Assembly (NCBI GenBank): GCA_964106645.2
Contig: OZ067038.1
Origin: Podarcis pityusensis
Taxonomy: Eukaryota
DNA length: 64,000 nucleotides
Strand: one strand, 5' to 3'
The translations under genes and the position numbers were made by a program. The notes below the pieces were generated by a model that searched no databases, had not been told where the DNA came from, and saw only the letters and a list, made by a program, of their open reading frames with translations. Below, piece after piece: positions 51,174 through 63,940 of this stretch; position 1 is the first letter of the stretch; every line of letters starts with the position of its first letter.

Positions 51174-54100
51174 ATCATGCTCCTTCTGGTGAATGTGTAA
51201 TGCACAGCAACGAGGAAGTGTACATTGTACAGACCGGTGCACACATGGTTAGAACCAGTACTCTTCTTTTCATGGTCATAGTCAGTGCTTTTTTTCTTTT
51301 AAAATGTATAGGGGTACTCTCATTTTGACTCAAGAAAACCACCAGTTTATGGTTCAAATTGGGAAAAATAAATACAGTAAATGGACAAAAGTACATAGAT
51401 TCACAAAATATTTAAGGGTATGCATACCCCTGTGTCCCCACAGAAAAAGATCACTGGTAGTAGTAATTTCTGCATCAAAAATGTTCAGTTTACATCCAGC
51501 TGACAACTGGTTTGTCTCTGTGTTACATAAAGTACACACACTGTAATGCCTCAGTAATGGAGGAGCAATAGAGTTCCTCAGCTCAGGTAATGCACTTGAA
51601 AGCTAAGTTAACATTATATGTTTACCCAATACAGATATCCATGCCAAAAAGTAATTTCCCCTCATCTAGAGATGAGTGTATGCTCAAAGGGTTGCCCACT
51701 TTTAAAAGTGTGTGTGTGTGTGTGTGTGTGTGTCAGAGAGAGAGGGGGGGGAGGGAGAGGGAGAGGGAGAGATGGGCTCTTTCCCCTTTACTAGTTACGT
51801 GATTGGCAAAAATTCAATCACACCTAAAACTTTTCCCATCACAGAGATGCGGAGAAAAGCATCAACTATGTTATTTATTTATTTATTTTACAAAGTTTTT
51901 TTAATACATATTTTGACTCCCCCCCCCCAAAAGAAAATCCAAAGAAACTGAGAATAATCAAATTAAAATAAATATGCAATGTCAGAAAATGCGGTGAACT
52001 AATGAAGTATTACAATAATAATAAATAATGATGATGATGATGATGATGATGTTATGAATACACTGACAGGAACACCCAGTTGCTTCCGCTAGTGCCTTTG
52101 CACCTTGCTTCCTCCTCCCCACCCCAGTGAGCCACTTCTGCCATAAATGCTCCCACAGGAATATTATTTGCAGCATCTCTGCCATTAATCCGGCAGTTTC
52201 ACATATTATTGAAAACTACTCCACACAAAAACATCCCCAGCCCATGTGGTATGCTCAGCTAACCTTGCTGAGTAATTAAAAGAAGGACACTCAAAGTCAC
52301 TCTGCAAGGTATTTGCTTGCCCCCCAATCTGTTTGCAAGAAGGCACACAAAAGATCAGAAGACTCCAAATGCATTCCAGCATCTATTGTTCAATCAGCAG
52401 AGTAAACCTCATGAGAAAAAGGGACAGGAGCTTTATCAGGGGAAGCCCTTGTGGGCATGGCAGCCCCTGCCCCCATCACCGGCCCTTGAAGAAAGGGTAA
52501 CTCACACTGTCATTCAGACATTACAGGGCATCTGGCTTTCATGATATGGAGATTATTCTCTATGTCAGGAAAAGTATGCTCAAAGCAGTCCTAACTTGTT
52601 CTAGCATACCATCATTTGTGATCAAGATCCGTCAGGGCACGCTGGGTTAGTACATGTATAACTGTCTGGAATTTAATATGCAAGAAAAAGGGAATCCAGG
52701 ATAATCCCTATTCCTGGCCGACATGGTTTTTCTACTGGAATGGCTTATTCCGCATGCACAGAACACACCTAAGTGTGGCAGTTCTATACATTCTAGGAAT
52801 GCGAAAATGCAGGCTACCTATATAAACGCAAGGTGAGACACCTGTTCAAATGGCAGTTTCAAAAGCGTGTCTTGCCAATGGACAAATAAAGATAGATAAG
52901 GAAGATGAATATGAGTGGAATGTTGAAGGAGCTCAGGGAGAATTCTCATCATGCTTAACTGGGAGTTTGCTCAGCTCCTTTCCTGTAAAACTTCATGATG
53001 GAACCTAGTGCTTGAATCAGTTCAACAGCAGGGATCATAGCATCGTCAGGATAACATTTCCAATAAAAGAACTCAGAACAGGGATTCCCCCCCCCCCCTT
53101 TGTGTGATGTATGTTACAGGATGGTTGTCATTATCCCATGTATGTTTTGGAATAAGAAGCACTGCACACAGCATTGCAGAATGTTTCACGAGCGTCACTT
53201 GGTGGTGCACTAGAAAGGTTGCATCAAATCTTTGAAGGAGCCCACCTTGCATAATCGATCACCAGATGTGGTGCACACACACCATTGGAATGACAATGCC
53301 CATCAACTTGGGGGAGGGGCAGTCCCCTCAAATATTTTATTGGGGCCCCCCGAAGAGACCCCAGCCCCTAGGAGTTGGCTCCTATTCCCAGAAACCAAGA
53401 TATCCTAATACCCACACAGAAATGATCTGTTTCTCCATCCTATTATACTTTGCTTCTTGCAAGGTGGGGGTGGGGAAGATCTGTAGGAGAATATAGGTAA
53501 ATATCTGGTGGGAATGTGGGAAGAGGGCCTGTCATGAGACTCGCCTGTCAATTTGTGTGACTCAGAGCCACCCACTTGGTTCTTAGCGGGTTCTTGATTC
53601 CTTGCTGAGGATGTGGTGAATCTCTTGACAGTGGCTTTACAGCTCCCATCTCTCTAGAGCAGGCTTTTTTTTTTTTTTTTTTTGAAGGTGCACAACTTGC
53701 AGATGAATGAAATTTTGCTTGATTTCATTTCGTTGGCACATTTGGTTCATGCGACCCAGCCCATTTGACAAAGCCACCTATCATTATGTTCCAGGTTACT
53801 AGTTTGTTCTTGCAATCCAAGGGCCTTCTGAACCTTGTGGCTAGCGATGAGCGCAGCCCCGCAGACCTCAAAGGAGAGGACTGGATCTCTCTCCAACTAC
53901 TTCTAACACATTCCTGCAATTCTCTTGAAGAACCATACCTGCAGGGGATCTCTCCTCCCCGCCCCCCATGCAAGTCTATAGTTAAGCACTGTGGCATGCT
54001 CTTCAAACTCACTCTTGATGAGTGATGCTGCATGTAACATTATCTAATTAAATAATGGCTAACAACCTTTCCAGCGTGGGTGATATTTCAGCACGCAATC

Positions 54101-56081
54101 TCCTCCTATCACTGCCAGGCAAAACAATTACATCGTATCTTAAAGGGAGATCTGCCTTCATGCAGCACATAATAAAATCAACACGTAGGATGCTGTTCTT
54201 CGGCGGAGGCCAACTTTGATTCCTGTCTTGGCAGGTATGGTATTCCTCTCTTGGCAAGGCTGACCTTCAAGAACTTGCTTGTTGAAGGAACGAAAGCATT
54301 CATTAGCTGAAACGTTTTCTTTTTTGCAGGCATGTTGCCTGCCTCGAGCTCAGGATTTCAAAGAATTTCAGATCACCCCTTGCTGCCATTGCATCACTGC
54401 CCCTGCCCTGACACAATGTTATCCATTGTGATGTGCATCATTTGCATCAAGCATCAGCCACAGCCCTATTGATTTCCTCCCACACACAGAAATCCCAGCT
54501 ACAGTGAGCTTCTCCTTTTTCTCCTTTTTAATCCCAGTGTCTGAGCAGATAAGCCCCTGCATAGACATTTTAATAAACAAAAAAATAAATAAAATAGCAA
54601 GGAAGCTCACAATGACTTGAAAGGCAATGTTATAAAGTGACCATTCTGATGCCATATTTGTCAGTACAAGACAGCGTTGCTGTAGGGTTTCTCTCTTAAA
54701 TACTTTCATGGTGGGATGCACATGGAAAACATTTCCCTGGAACTGAAAATCCATGTGAATTTTACCGGAAAAGCTCCACGCAAGCTGGAGCCGGCAGGAA
54801 TTTGGTGCCTTGCTCCCAGTTCCTTCCTGAAAAATCCACATGGATTTTCAGTCCTGATGTAATGTTTTCCACGTGTATGTCTCCATGGGAACCAGTCCAA
54901 AAACATCAGAATTAGCCCTACGAGTCTGTTCAGTGTGATCTCATTCAAAAAAGGGCCAATTTCTCTCTCTTTCTCTCTCTCTGTGCGTCTTCAAACACGA
55001 TCAATTTGCTTCCGTGTGGCATACAGACTGGGGTAGGGAGGGGAAGTTGGTGCTTGAAAGCAATATTATGGCTATGCCCACTGACATATGGTTTGAAAAT
55101 GATGACGACCATGCCTAGAATTAAAAAATAAAATAAAATGAGGTAAGAGTTATTTATATGATTGACATTCTGCTTCAGTGTTTCCACACAAAGGCCTCTC
55201 TTTCTCTGTGATATGCAGACACTGCATTCCCAACACATTCTTGCAGCCTACACCACATCATTGAACAATAGGGAGCCTTCTTTCATTTTTCTGCCTAGTT
55301 TCTGTGAACAGAACTCTGTTGACAACAGAGTCTGTTCTCACTCCTGAAGAATTCCAAAAATTGAACAATCTAAGGACAGCCTGTGACTTTTCAGGAGACA
55401 TCTTTAAGGCTTTCGGGTTTTTTAAAGAAGTGGAACTGGGTGTTTCTCTCTCTCTGGTTGTCGTTGTTGCAGGGGAAGCCCGCAAAAATGCAGTTGTGCT
55501 ACAAATCATTCCTTGCACCAGAGAGGGCTGTTCTTGACAGGACACCATTAATGACAGCAATAAAATGCAAGTATGCAAGACAGTCTCTTTCGTGACCACA
55601 AGTACATTTCTCGTGCCCCCTTTGCTCTGTGTATGTGTGTGGGGTGAACTTTTAATTCTCATTATGGGTGCCAGATTTACAATTCCATGACTTGAGATCC
55701 ACAAAGAGATCGTGAAGGACCCAGTCCAAGCTTCCACATAAAATGGAGAGACCACCTCTAAGGATGAAAGGGCAGCTTATTCCCTTTATCACTTTGCTTC
55801 ATGCCTTCGGTATCGCCTTGGAGTACCAGTTTCGGCTTACCTGTATTGAAAGTCCAGTGCAGGCCTGCATTTAACTTAAGATTCTAGGGTAATTTAACCA
55901 TACAGCCTCCTTTGCCAACCTGGTATCCTCCAGATGTTCTGTAGTCCAACCCTCATCAGCTCCAGGCAGTATAAGCTGAGAAGTGACGTAGGTGTAGAAA
56001 CAGGGCTGTCTTAAGCATATCTGGCGCTGTGGTGCAAAGATCCCTCAGGCACCCCCACCCCCCCGTTTCTCAGAGTTGTCG

Positions 56082-56407
56082 ACCTGAAGGAGCATTTCCA
56101 CCCCCATTGTTCTGCCCGGATACTGAGGTCCAGTGCCGAGGGCCTTCTGGCAGTTCTCTCACTGCGAGAAGCCAAGTTACAGGGAACCAGGCAGAGGGCC
56201 TTCTCGCTAGTGGCACCTGCCCTGTGGAACGCCCTCCCACCAGATGTCAAAGAGAAGAACAACTACCAGACTTCTAAGACATCTGAAGGCAGCCCTGTTT
56301 AGGGAAGCTTTTAATGTTTAACAGGCCACCGTATTTTAATATTTTGTTCGAAGCTGCCCAGAGTGGCTGGGGAAACCCAGCCAGATGGGTGGGGTATAAA
56401 TAAATAA

Positions 56408-56450
<43 letters not shown>
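56082..56450 (+). mobile_element. L2 3' fragment with (ATT)n tail
   Basis: CTGAAGGAGCAT...AGGGCCTTCTCG..GTGGCACCTGCCCTGTGGAACGCCCTCCC...GGGGTATAAATAAAT. Confidence 0.9.
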
Positions 56451-57232
56451 GGGGACCCCAGAGTAGTTGACCTTTTTTTTAGGGAGCTCACACCACGCTT
56501 ACACATTATCTCTAACATGCTCTTAGAACAAAATAAAATGAAGAGGCAGAAGAAAATCTAATAAAGTCCCAAAGCAAGACTCATGCAAGACTCAACAGTT
56601 CTTCTAATTCATCCTCATGATTCAAATCACCACATATCAAAAAGTTAAAGCAATCACCAGTCTGTTGTTCTTTAAATAAATTAATAAAGACACAGACAAT
56701 GACGTTCCGGGCCAATTTGTGTTTAAGTACAAAGCTGACGTTTTCAAATATAGTGGGGGGTGGGGGGGTGTAAAGCAGTGACATCCTGAACCTAAAAAGG
56801 ACCCAAAAATTGGGTCACAAAGGCTGCACCCTAACTGCACTTACCTGAGAGTAAGCCCTGTTGAATCTAATAGGACCTTACTTCTGAGTAGACAGTAGGA
56901 CTGCAGCAAGAAACACAGTTGGGAATTAGGGCTTTCTGTTTTAAGTCTCAACCAGAGAAAAATGTAATATTGGAGATTAGGGAGAAAGGAATATGAATAG
57001 ATTGGGGGGAGGGGGCTGACGAGAGACCAAAAACCACAGGTAGCAAGACAAGGCACACTTTCTGGGGAGCAAGTCTCACACACAGTTGCTTGGGGCGAGG
57101 ACTGCAGAGGGACCATAGTTGGGTTGTGTGTGTGTGTTTTTCAGAAAAACGTAGAATTGGAAGGGACCCTGCGGGTCATCCAGCCCAACCCCCTGCAATG
57201 CTTTTTAGCTTGCATTGATCTCAAAAACCTTC

Positions 57233-57602
57233 TGTTATGTACTGAGTTGAATAGGATCCAAACTGCAGCAGTCTGATTGGTCCTAGAACAATAGGATCCA
57301 AAATGCAGCAGTCTGATTGGTCCTAGAACAATAGGATTCAGAATGCAGCAGTCTGATTGGTCCTAGAACAATGCAGCAGTATGATTGGTTGGCAGCAACC
57401 ACCCAATCATGCTCCAGATAGAAGTGAATCCACAACCTGATTGGCTTACAGTAGAATTCCGGAATTAGCCAATCATGTGCAGCCCATTGTGTAAATAATG
57501 TATATAAAGCAGATACTGTGAGGGGAATTTCATTCATTCCTCCTCACCACTATGAGCTGAATAAAGAGCATGAAATCACTTTGCGACTCTGAGTATATTT
57601 CA
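57233..57602 (+). mobile_element. Intact solo LTR (370 bp) with an internal 40-bp tandem repeat
   Basis: TG...CA termini, perfect 5-bp TSD CCTTC, 40-bp units at 57251/57291/57331, TATATAAA at 57501 and AATAAA at 57560. Confidence 0.92.
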
Positions 57603-57945
57603 CCTTCAGTGCCTTTTTTTAGTTGGATAGGCAATTAACATGCTTGTTTCACAAATAAGGGAGAAGGATGGTTGCTGGCTTGGTTTGGTTTGCCTTTGTT
57701 CTAGTTTTTAGCATGTGCTTAGTACCGTAGTTTCAGGCTGTGAGCCGCCCTGATATCTATGGGTGGAGGGTAGTAGTAGTAATAATAATAATAATAATGG
57801 TGATGATATTTTCCGCAAGGCTTGGAGTGAGTGGGTAATGGCCAGCTGCCGGAATGAATGGGGTCAGTGCTAACTGGTCTGGCTTGCTTTACAACCCCAA
57901 GGGACCTTGTTGGTGGGGGGAGGGGCGGAGAAGGAGCCCACCCTC

Positions 57946-57993
57946 GAAGAAGAAGAAGAAGAAGAAGAAGAAGAAGAAGAAGAAGAAGAAGAA
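57946..57993. repeat. (GAA)16 microsatellite
   Basis: Pure GAA run. Confidence 0.97.
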
Positions 57994-58104
57994 GAGTGAA
58001 GGGAGAAGGCTTCGCTTCCCTGGGATAGAGTTGCCCGTAACATTAAACACAGGGCACGATTCCAGGGAGAGAGAGAAACCAGGGCAGCAGCTGCTGCTAC
58101 TCAC

Positions 58105-58420
58105 GGCTCGGGCTAGATGTAGCTGAACAGGACGGGCATCGCCCGCCTCCCTCTTCCCACAGATTGAGTGGACGAGAGAGAGAGAGTGCTGCACTCCAGC
58201 CAGCCATATAGTTGGCGGTGCGCAGCTTCCGTCCTAAGCCTCTGCAGGGATCGCTCTCCTCCTGCGGAGGCTTGGGAGGCAAGCTGCACACCCGCCAGCC
58301 ATATGGTTGGTGAGGCGCAGCTGGCTGGTGCAGGGAAAGGGGAGCCCGCCGGCAAAGCTGCGCAGCTCCCCGACTCACTGGGGTACCCCTGACAGGCCAG
58401 CGCCCTGGTGCACCGAACCA
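58105..58420 (-). promoter_or_regulatory. CpG-rich candidate promoter and first exon of an unidentified minus-strand gene
   Basis: The most CpG-dense non-repeat segment in the window. Minus-strand donor CC|GTGAGT at 58104, GC-box-like GGGAGGCGGG, and uORF MPVLFSYI* (58139-58113). Confidence 0.55.
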
Positions 58421-58941
58421 CCAAGCCCTATGGGAAAGATGGCTCTGTGTAGAAATGACATTGTTTCCTTATAAATCATGGCTCAGAAATGGGTGCTGGA
58501 TTCCCTCCCTAATCTCTTCTCTGTTGAAGATTCTCAACTCTCTTCATGTGTTGGTCTTAATCATGTTTTTTCTTATTATTACATCTACTATATTTGATCT
58601 TAAGACATGTTTTTATACCTTATTAAAATTTTGCCTAATTTTACATCAAATTGGGGTCAAATTTGATGTGATAGGGACTATACCATTCATATGGAAAATG
58701 GGAGAAGCCCGGGAGGTGGGGCAGTGCTGTATGAAAAGCAACGTGTGAAAGTGAGAGCAGCAAAGTTCTCCCCCTGTCCCCATTTGGTCGTAGCCCAAAG
58801 TCGAAGAAAATGGCTTAAAGCAGTGGTTCCCAACCTTTTTTTGGCCATGTCTCACCTAAGCATCTCTAAAATTCTGAAGTCATCCCCTCCCCCTCCCCCC
58901 CGGTTACATATAATCCTTATTATTCAAAAAGTGAACTCCTA

Positions 58942-59850
58942 AAAGGGCATCCTGATCAAATTTGCAGATGACACCAAATTGGGAGGGGTGGCTAACACCC
59001 CAGAGGACAGGATCACACTTCAAAACGACCTTGACAGATTAGAGAACTGGGCCAAAACAAACAAGATGAATTTTAACAGGGAGAAATGTAAAGTATTGCA
59101 CTTGGGCAAAAAAAATGAGAGGCACAAATACAAGATGGGGGACACCTGGCTTGAGAGCAGTACATGTGAAAAGGATCTAGGAGTCTTGGTTGACCACAAA
59201 CTTGACATGAGCCAACAGTGTGACGCAGCAGCTAAAAAAGCCAATGCAATTCTGGGCTGCATCAATAGGAGTATAGCATCTAGATCAAGGGAAGTAATAG
59301 TGCCACTGTATTCTGCTCTGGTCAGACCTCACCTGGAGTACTGTGTCCAGTTCTGGGCACCACAGTTCAAGAAGGACATTGACAAACTGGAACGTGTCCA
59401 GAGGAGGGCAACCAAAATGGTCAAAGGCCTGGAAACGATGCCTTATGAGGAACGGCTAAGAGAGCTGGGCATGTTTAGCCTGGAGAAGAGGAGGTTAAGG
59501 GGTGATATGATAGCCATGTTCAAATATATAAAAGGATGTCACATAGAGGAGGGAGAAAGGTTGTTTTCTGCTGCTCCAGAGAAGCGGACACGGAGCAATG
59601 GATCCAAACTACAAGAAAGAAGATTCCACCTAAACATTAGGAAGAACTTCCTGACAGTAAGAGCTGTTCGACAGTGGAATTTGCTGCCAAGGAGTGTGGT
59701 GGAGTCTCCTTCTTTGGAGGTCTTTAAGCAGAGGCTTGACAACCATATGTCAGGAGTGCTCTGATGGTGTTTCCTGCTTGGCAGGGGGTTGGACTCGATG
59801 GCCCTTGTGGTCTCTTCCAACTCTATGATTCTATGATTCTATGATTCTAT
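58942..59850 (+). mobile_element. Young 5'-truncated CR1 LINE
   Basis: Frame open from [10 protein letters not shown] to the stop at 59764 ([13 protein letters not shown]); (ATTCTATG)n tail. Confidence 0.97.
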
Positions 59851-59902
59851 TCACATGGAGGAAGTCAAAAAGGCCATTAACTTGGTCTAAACAAACTTCC
59901 AA

Positions 59903-60262
59903 GGGACGCGGGTGGCGCTGTGGGTTAAACCACAGAGCCTAGGACTTGCCGATCAGAAGGTCGGCGGTTCGAATCCCCACAACGGGGTGAGCTCCCGTTG
60001 CTCAGTCCCTGCTCCTGCCAACCTAGCAGTTCGAAAGCACGTCAAAGTGCAAGTAGATAAATAGGTACCACTCCGGCGGGAAGGTAAACGGCGTTTCCGT
60101 GTGCTGCTCTGGTTTGCCAGAAGCGGCTTAGTCATGCTGGCCACACGATCCGGAAGCTGTCTGCGGACAAACGCCGGCTCCCCAGGCCAATAAAGCAAGA
60201 TGAGCGCCGTAACCCCAGAGTCGGTCACGACTGGACCTAATGGTCAGGGGTCCCTTTACCTT
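59903..60262 (+). mobile_element. Sauria SINE, full length
   Basis: Same head and tail as 48770; 15-bp TSD TAAACAAACTTCCAA. Confidence 0.96.
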
Positions 60263-61344
60263 TAAACAAACTTCCAAATTGCCCCCCTGTGGGGTGTGTG
60301 CCCCACGTTGGGAACCACGGGCTTAAAGCAATGGGCTTCTGCGATGGAAGTGTCTTAGTTTCGACGGTGGCTTCTGTCAGCAGAATGAGGGAAGGTGACT
60401 TCTGCACATTCAGCCTCCCCTGTCATTTCCCCTTGACCCCCCAATCCACTTATGAAGGTTAGTGGACCCTTCAGAACAGCAGAGGGAGAATACTAGAAGT
60501 GTGCCTAATAATTCAGGAGCTCACATTGGAGGTTACATTAAAACATTTTCTGACATTCAGCAAATGTGGATGTGGATGTGGGCAGATCACACTTCTGCTC
60601 CTGACTTCTGTCCTCCCTGGACCTCTTCCTCATCTCTTTGCTGCATGACTTCCACAGTCTGAATCGAGCCTGTATGTATTTGAACTCTATGCCTGTAGAT
60701 TCTCTCCACACCCTTGGAAACCTGCTGAGATTTATTCAGACCTTCAGTGAACATGCGGAAGTCAGCCCTGGGGACAGGGATCAAATCCTGACCCTTCCTC
60801 ACCACTCCTCTGTGTGTTCCCTGGGCATCTGCTGAAGCTTTTCATCTGAATAATTCTTTCACTCCTCAGAGAGATGAATACCAGCAAACTGGAAACTAAT
60901 TTCTGATGCACACCACCTTTCTTCACTAAAATTGTAGCAGCTTTTGGGTTGGAATGTGCACAGATAGTTCAAGGGAACGTCTTCTTATTCACCCCAACCT
61001 TTTCTTGGCGCTTGACATCTCTGGGTGGTTCCAGCATAATCTGGGCCAAGATGCAACATCAATCAAGCCAGCTGCTGACGTCACTTAGAAAAGAAAACAA
61101 TTGGAAAATGACAATCAAAGGAAGGTGAAAGATCTAGTCCCAGGGCTTCCTTTTTCAGTTGGATAGTTTATGCAAAAAGCCTGACAGATAATCTATGCCA
61201 GATAGATAACACATGGAGCAAGACGGTGTGTTTATCCTCGTAGTTTTGTAAACAATCACACACCCTCGCTTTTATGTTTTTGGGCCGAGCAGGCAACTCA
61301 CCAACTCAAGTAGCTACAGATCATGTTCTAATAATGGAAACAGG

Positions 61345-61490
61345 GAGGGAGTGTTCAGGGCTGGTCCAAGATATTCTGCTGCCTGAGGCAAGGGATAAAA
61401 TGCTGGCTCTTCCACCCGGATTCCACATACAGAAGCCAACTGGGCTGGCGGATGAAGCTGAGCCCAGCACTGGCAATAAGGCAGTAGCAG
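61345..61490 (+). repeat. Dispersed repeat, probably a non-autonomous DNA transposon (copy at ~5060-5260)
   Basis: Shared CAAGA.ATT.TGCTGCCTGAGGCAA.GGATAA...CAGAAGCCAACT.GGCTGG...CTGGCAAT. Confidence 0.7.
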
Positions 61491-62232
61491 GCTCACTTGG
61501 GAGAGACAGTGTGGCACACATAGCAATTTCCCCAACACACTGCTAGTCCCCTCTCCCTGCATCTGCTGCCTAGTCATGCTTTGGAACAGGTACATTGCAC
61601 AGATAGCCAATGATGTGCCTTCAAGTGTCATGGGCCACAACTCTCATTATCCCTGATGATTGGCCATATTCACTGGGGCTGATAGAAGCTGTAGTCCCAC
61701 ACATTTGGAGGGCAAACGTTGGTTGTCCCTAAACAAATGGAAACCCCAGAATTGCCCCTATTGGCGATCTTTTATATAGCAAGCTGTGTAGAGATGGTCT
61801 TGAGTTAGGCCTACTTTATTTCTGCAATTGTAAGTTGTTGTAATCCATTTCAGATATGGTGTTTTAAGTGTTATAACCCATCGTGGGACCTTAGAGTGAA
61901 GGGTGGGTAAAGATAACAACAATAATATATAATAAAAATATCAAAATAAAAATGCAGCCCTCTTTACTGCCCCTCACCACGGATCCGTTCCTCGACAACA
62001 GCACATGCCCCCACGTTGAAGCGTTCTCTTGAAATATGTTGAGATTCTGATTTCTGCGCCTACCTCCAGTGTTGCCTGCCACCATGATGAGACTATTGCA
62101 GAGTGACAAATTCGTTTGTTTCCCTGGAAATTAATTTCTCCTTGCCTCTCCACAACTCTTGCAATTTGGTCCTTTCTTACCCTATGCTGGGGTTGAGCAA
62201 CCTTTTATCTGTCACTCCAGGGCCACATTCTC

Positions 62233-62475
62233 TCAGCAAACTTTTTCAGCAGGGGGTCGGTCCACTGTCCCTCAGACCTTGGGGGGGACGGACTATATTT
62301 TTGGGGGGAAAATGAACGAATTCCTATGCCCCACAAATAACCCAGAGATGCACTTTAAATAAAAGCACACATTCTACTCATGTAAAAACACGATGATTCC
62401 CAGACCATCTGCGGGCCAGATTTAGAAGGTGATTGGGCCGGATCTGGCCCCCGGGCCTTAGTTTGCCTACCCATG
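62233..62475 (+). mobile_element. hAT non-autonomous element (Charlie/OC1-like), 5' end damaged
   Basis: CAAACTTTTT...CAGGGGG..GGTCCACTGTCCCTCAGACC...GGACTAT; 3' end GGCCCCCGGGCCTTAGTTTGCCTACCCATG. Confidence 0.7.
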
Positions 62476-63339
62476 CCTCAGGGGTTATCTGTTAGAGGCT
62501 AGTCCAGCAAGGCGAATGAGGCAGTGGCCTGCCAACCTCAATCAGATCCCCGTCAGTACTCACCTGCTTGCCTACCTGGTTTCTTAGTTGCAACCAGTCA
62601 GGGAGTGGCTCTGCCTGTTGTTGGCTCAGACTCCACCTACTGTTCATCTCCCTGCCTTCTGTCCCACCAGTCCCACCAGTCACCACTTCTTAGAAGGCAG
62701 AGCTAAAGCCAAAAGAGGTTGTGTCCAGCCATTTCCCCTCTGCCTTTCTGCCACCCTGTTCAGGGTGGAGGCTGTAGGTTGCAGGGTGCAGTGGATAGGT
62801 GTCTGTTTGAAACTGGCCCTAGGGGAGATTTCTTTGTTTAACCTTTGGAACACTCTGTGGTGTCTTGTATGTTAATGCAAAAGCCTTATATTGTGTCTCC
62901 ATCTGTTTGAAATGATTCACAGTGCCTCATTCAAGCAAACGTTAAACCTGCTGGAAATGGCATAGTACAATTAGGATGGTGTGTTGTAACAAAAAAGCAT
63001 ATTACAAGCTCTGCAATGAAGAGCAAAATAAATTAAATGCAGCCCTTCTACAGCATCATTTTAATGGATGATGTCCATCGTTGATGATGTCCATCTGTAT
63101 TTTGGAGGGAGAACAAAGGCACAGGTACTGATGGGGAATCTCGGAGCACAACCTGTTTTGCTTGCCAGATGCACACTTTCCTGTAGACCCTCCCTTATCT
63201 TCAAGTAAGCTTTACTTGGAGCATACCCACCAAAATTAATGGGCCTAATATAGTCATTTGTGTTAATTTCAATGGGCCTGCTTTGAGTAAAACTCTGTTC
63301 ACGATCACCCACTGGGCTTGGGCTCAGTTATTCATTCTC

Positions 63340-63940
63340 TAGTCAAATTCCTGGTTAGATTTCTATTACTTCCTCTTTGTGGAACTTCCCTTGAAGATGG
63401 CTCAGAAATTTCAGTTGACTCAAAATGCAGTTGCCAGAGTGCTAACTGGGGACTGCAACTTGTGATGGTTAACAGTGGAACAATTGGTTAACCATGGAAC
63501 TATGGTTAACCATAGATGGTTAACCAGGAACAATTCAAGATAGCGGTGTTGATCTTTAAAGCCTTAAACTGCATGGGATCAGAGTATCTTAAGACTTGCC
63601 TTCTCCTGTATGAACCTACCTGACCACTGGGAACCCCCTCTGAGAATCTGCTCCACATTCTCTAGCCAGATATTCCTACAATTAAAATTCCTAGAATTTG
63701 TAGCAGCCTTCAAAGCCCCATCTCTGCTCACTTTCTGTCAGGCTTCAAAGCTCTTTTTTATGTTGGGGGGAACTTTTCATCAGCTAGGTTTAAGTGCTTT
63801 GTTCTACTGCAGCTTTTTTGGTGTGCGTGTTTTCAGTGTGTCTTTTAGATTTATTCTGATTTATTCTGTATTTTTACCTTCTTTATTGTTAGATGCCTTG
63901 AGTACGAGTACGACTATAGAAAAGTGAGGTGCAAATGATA
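63340..63940 (+). mobile_element. Degenerate L2 fragment
   Basis: LPLKMAQKFQLTQNAVARVLTG and QFKIAVLIFKALN motifs. Confidence 0.8.

Larger units (their letters stand above)
58821..60320. mobile_element. hAT MITE hosting a CR1 and a Sauria SINE
   Basis: TIRs CAGTGGTTCCCAAC / GTTGGGAACCACGG with perfect 8-bp TSD GCTTAAAG (58813-58820, 60321-60328). Confidence 0.92.

Noticed and set aside
54075-54220. Kinase-like GDISARNLLL peptide
   Set aside because: No DFG or other kinase motif follows and the frame ends in a stop; likely chance.
57250-57390. CRISPR-like array
   Set aside because: Head-to-tail 40-bp units with no unique spacers, inside a eukaryotic LTR.
60587-60835. Protein-like overlapping ORFs (also possible exons near 16.0, 18.5, 20.9, 22.4 and 62.0 kb)
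   Set aside because: Plausible splice signals on one side only or ambiguous frames, and no recognised homology; not supportable without a search.
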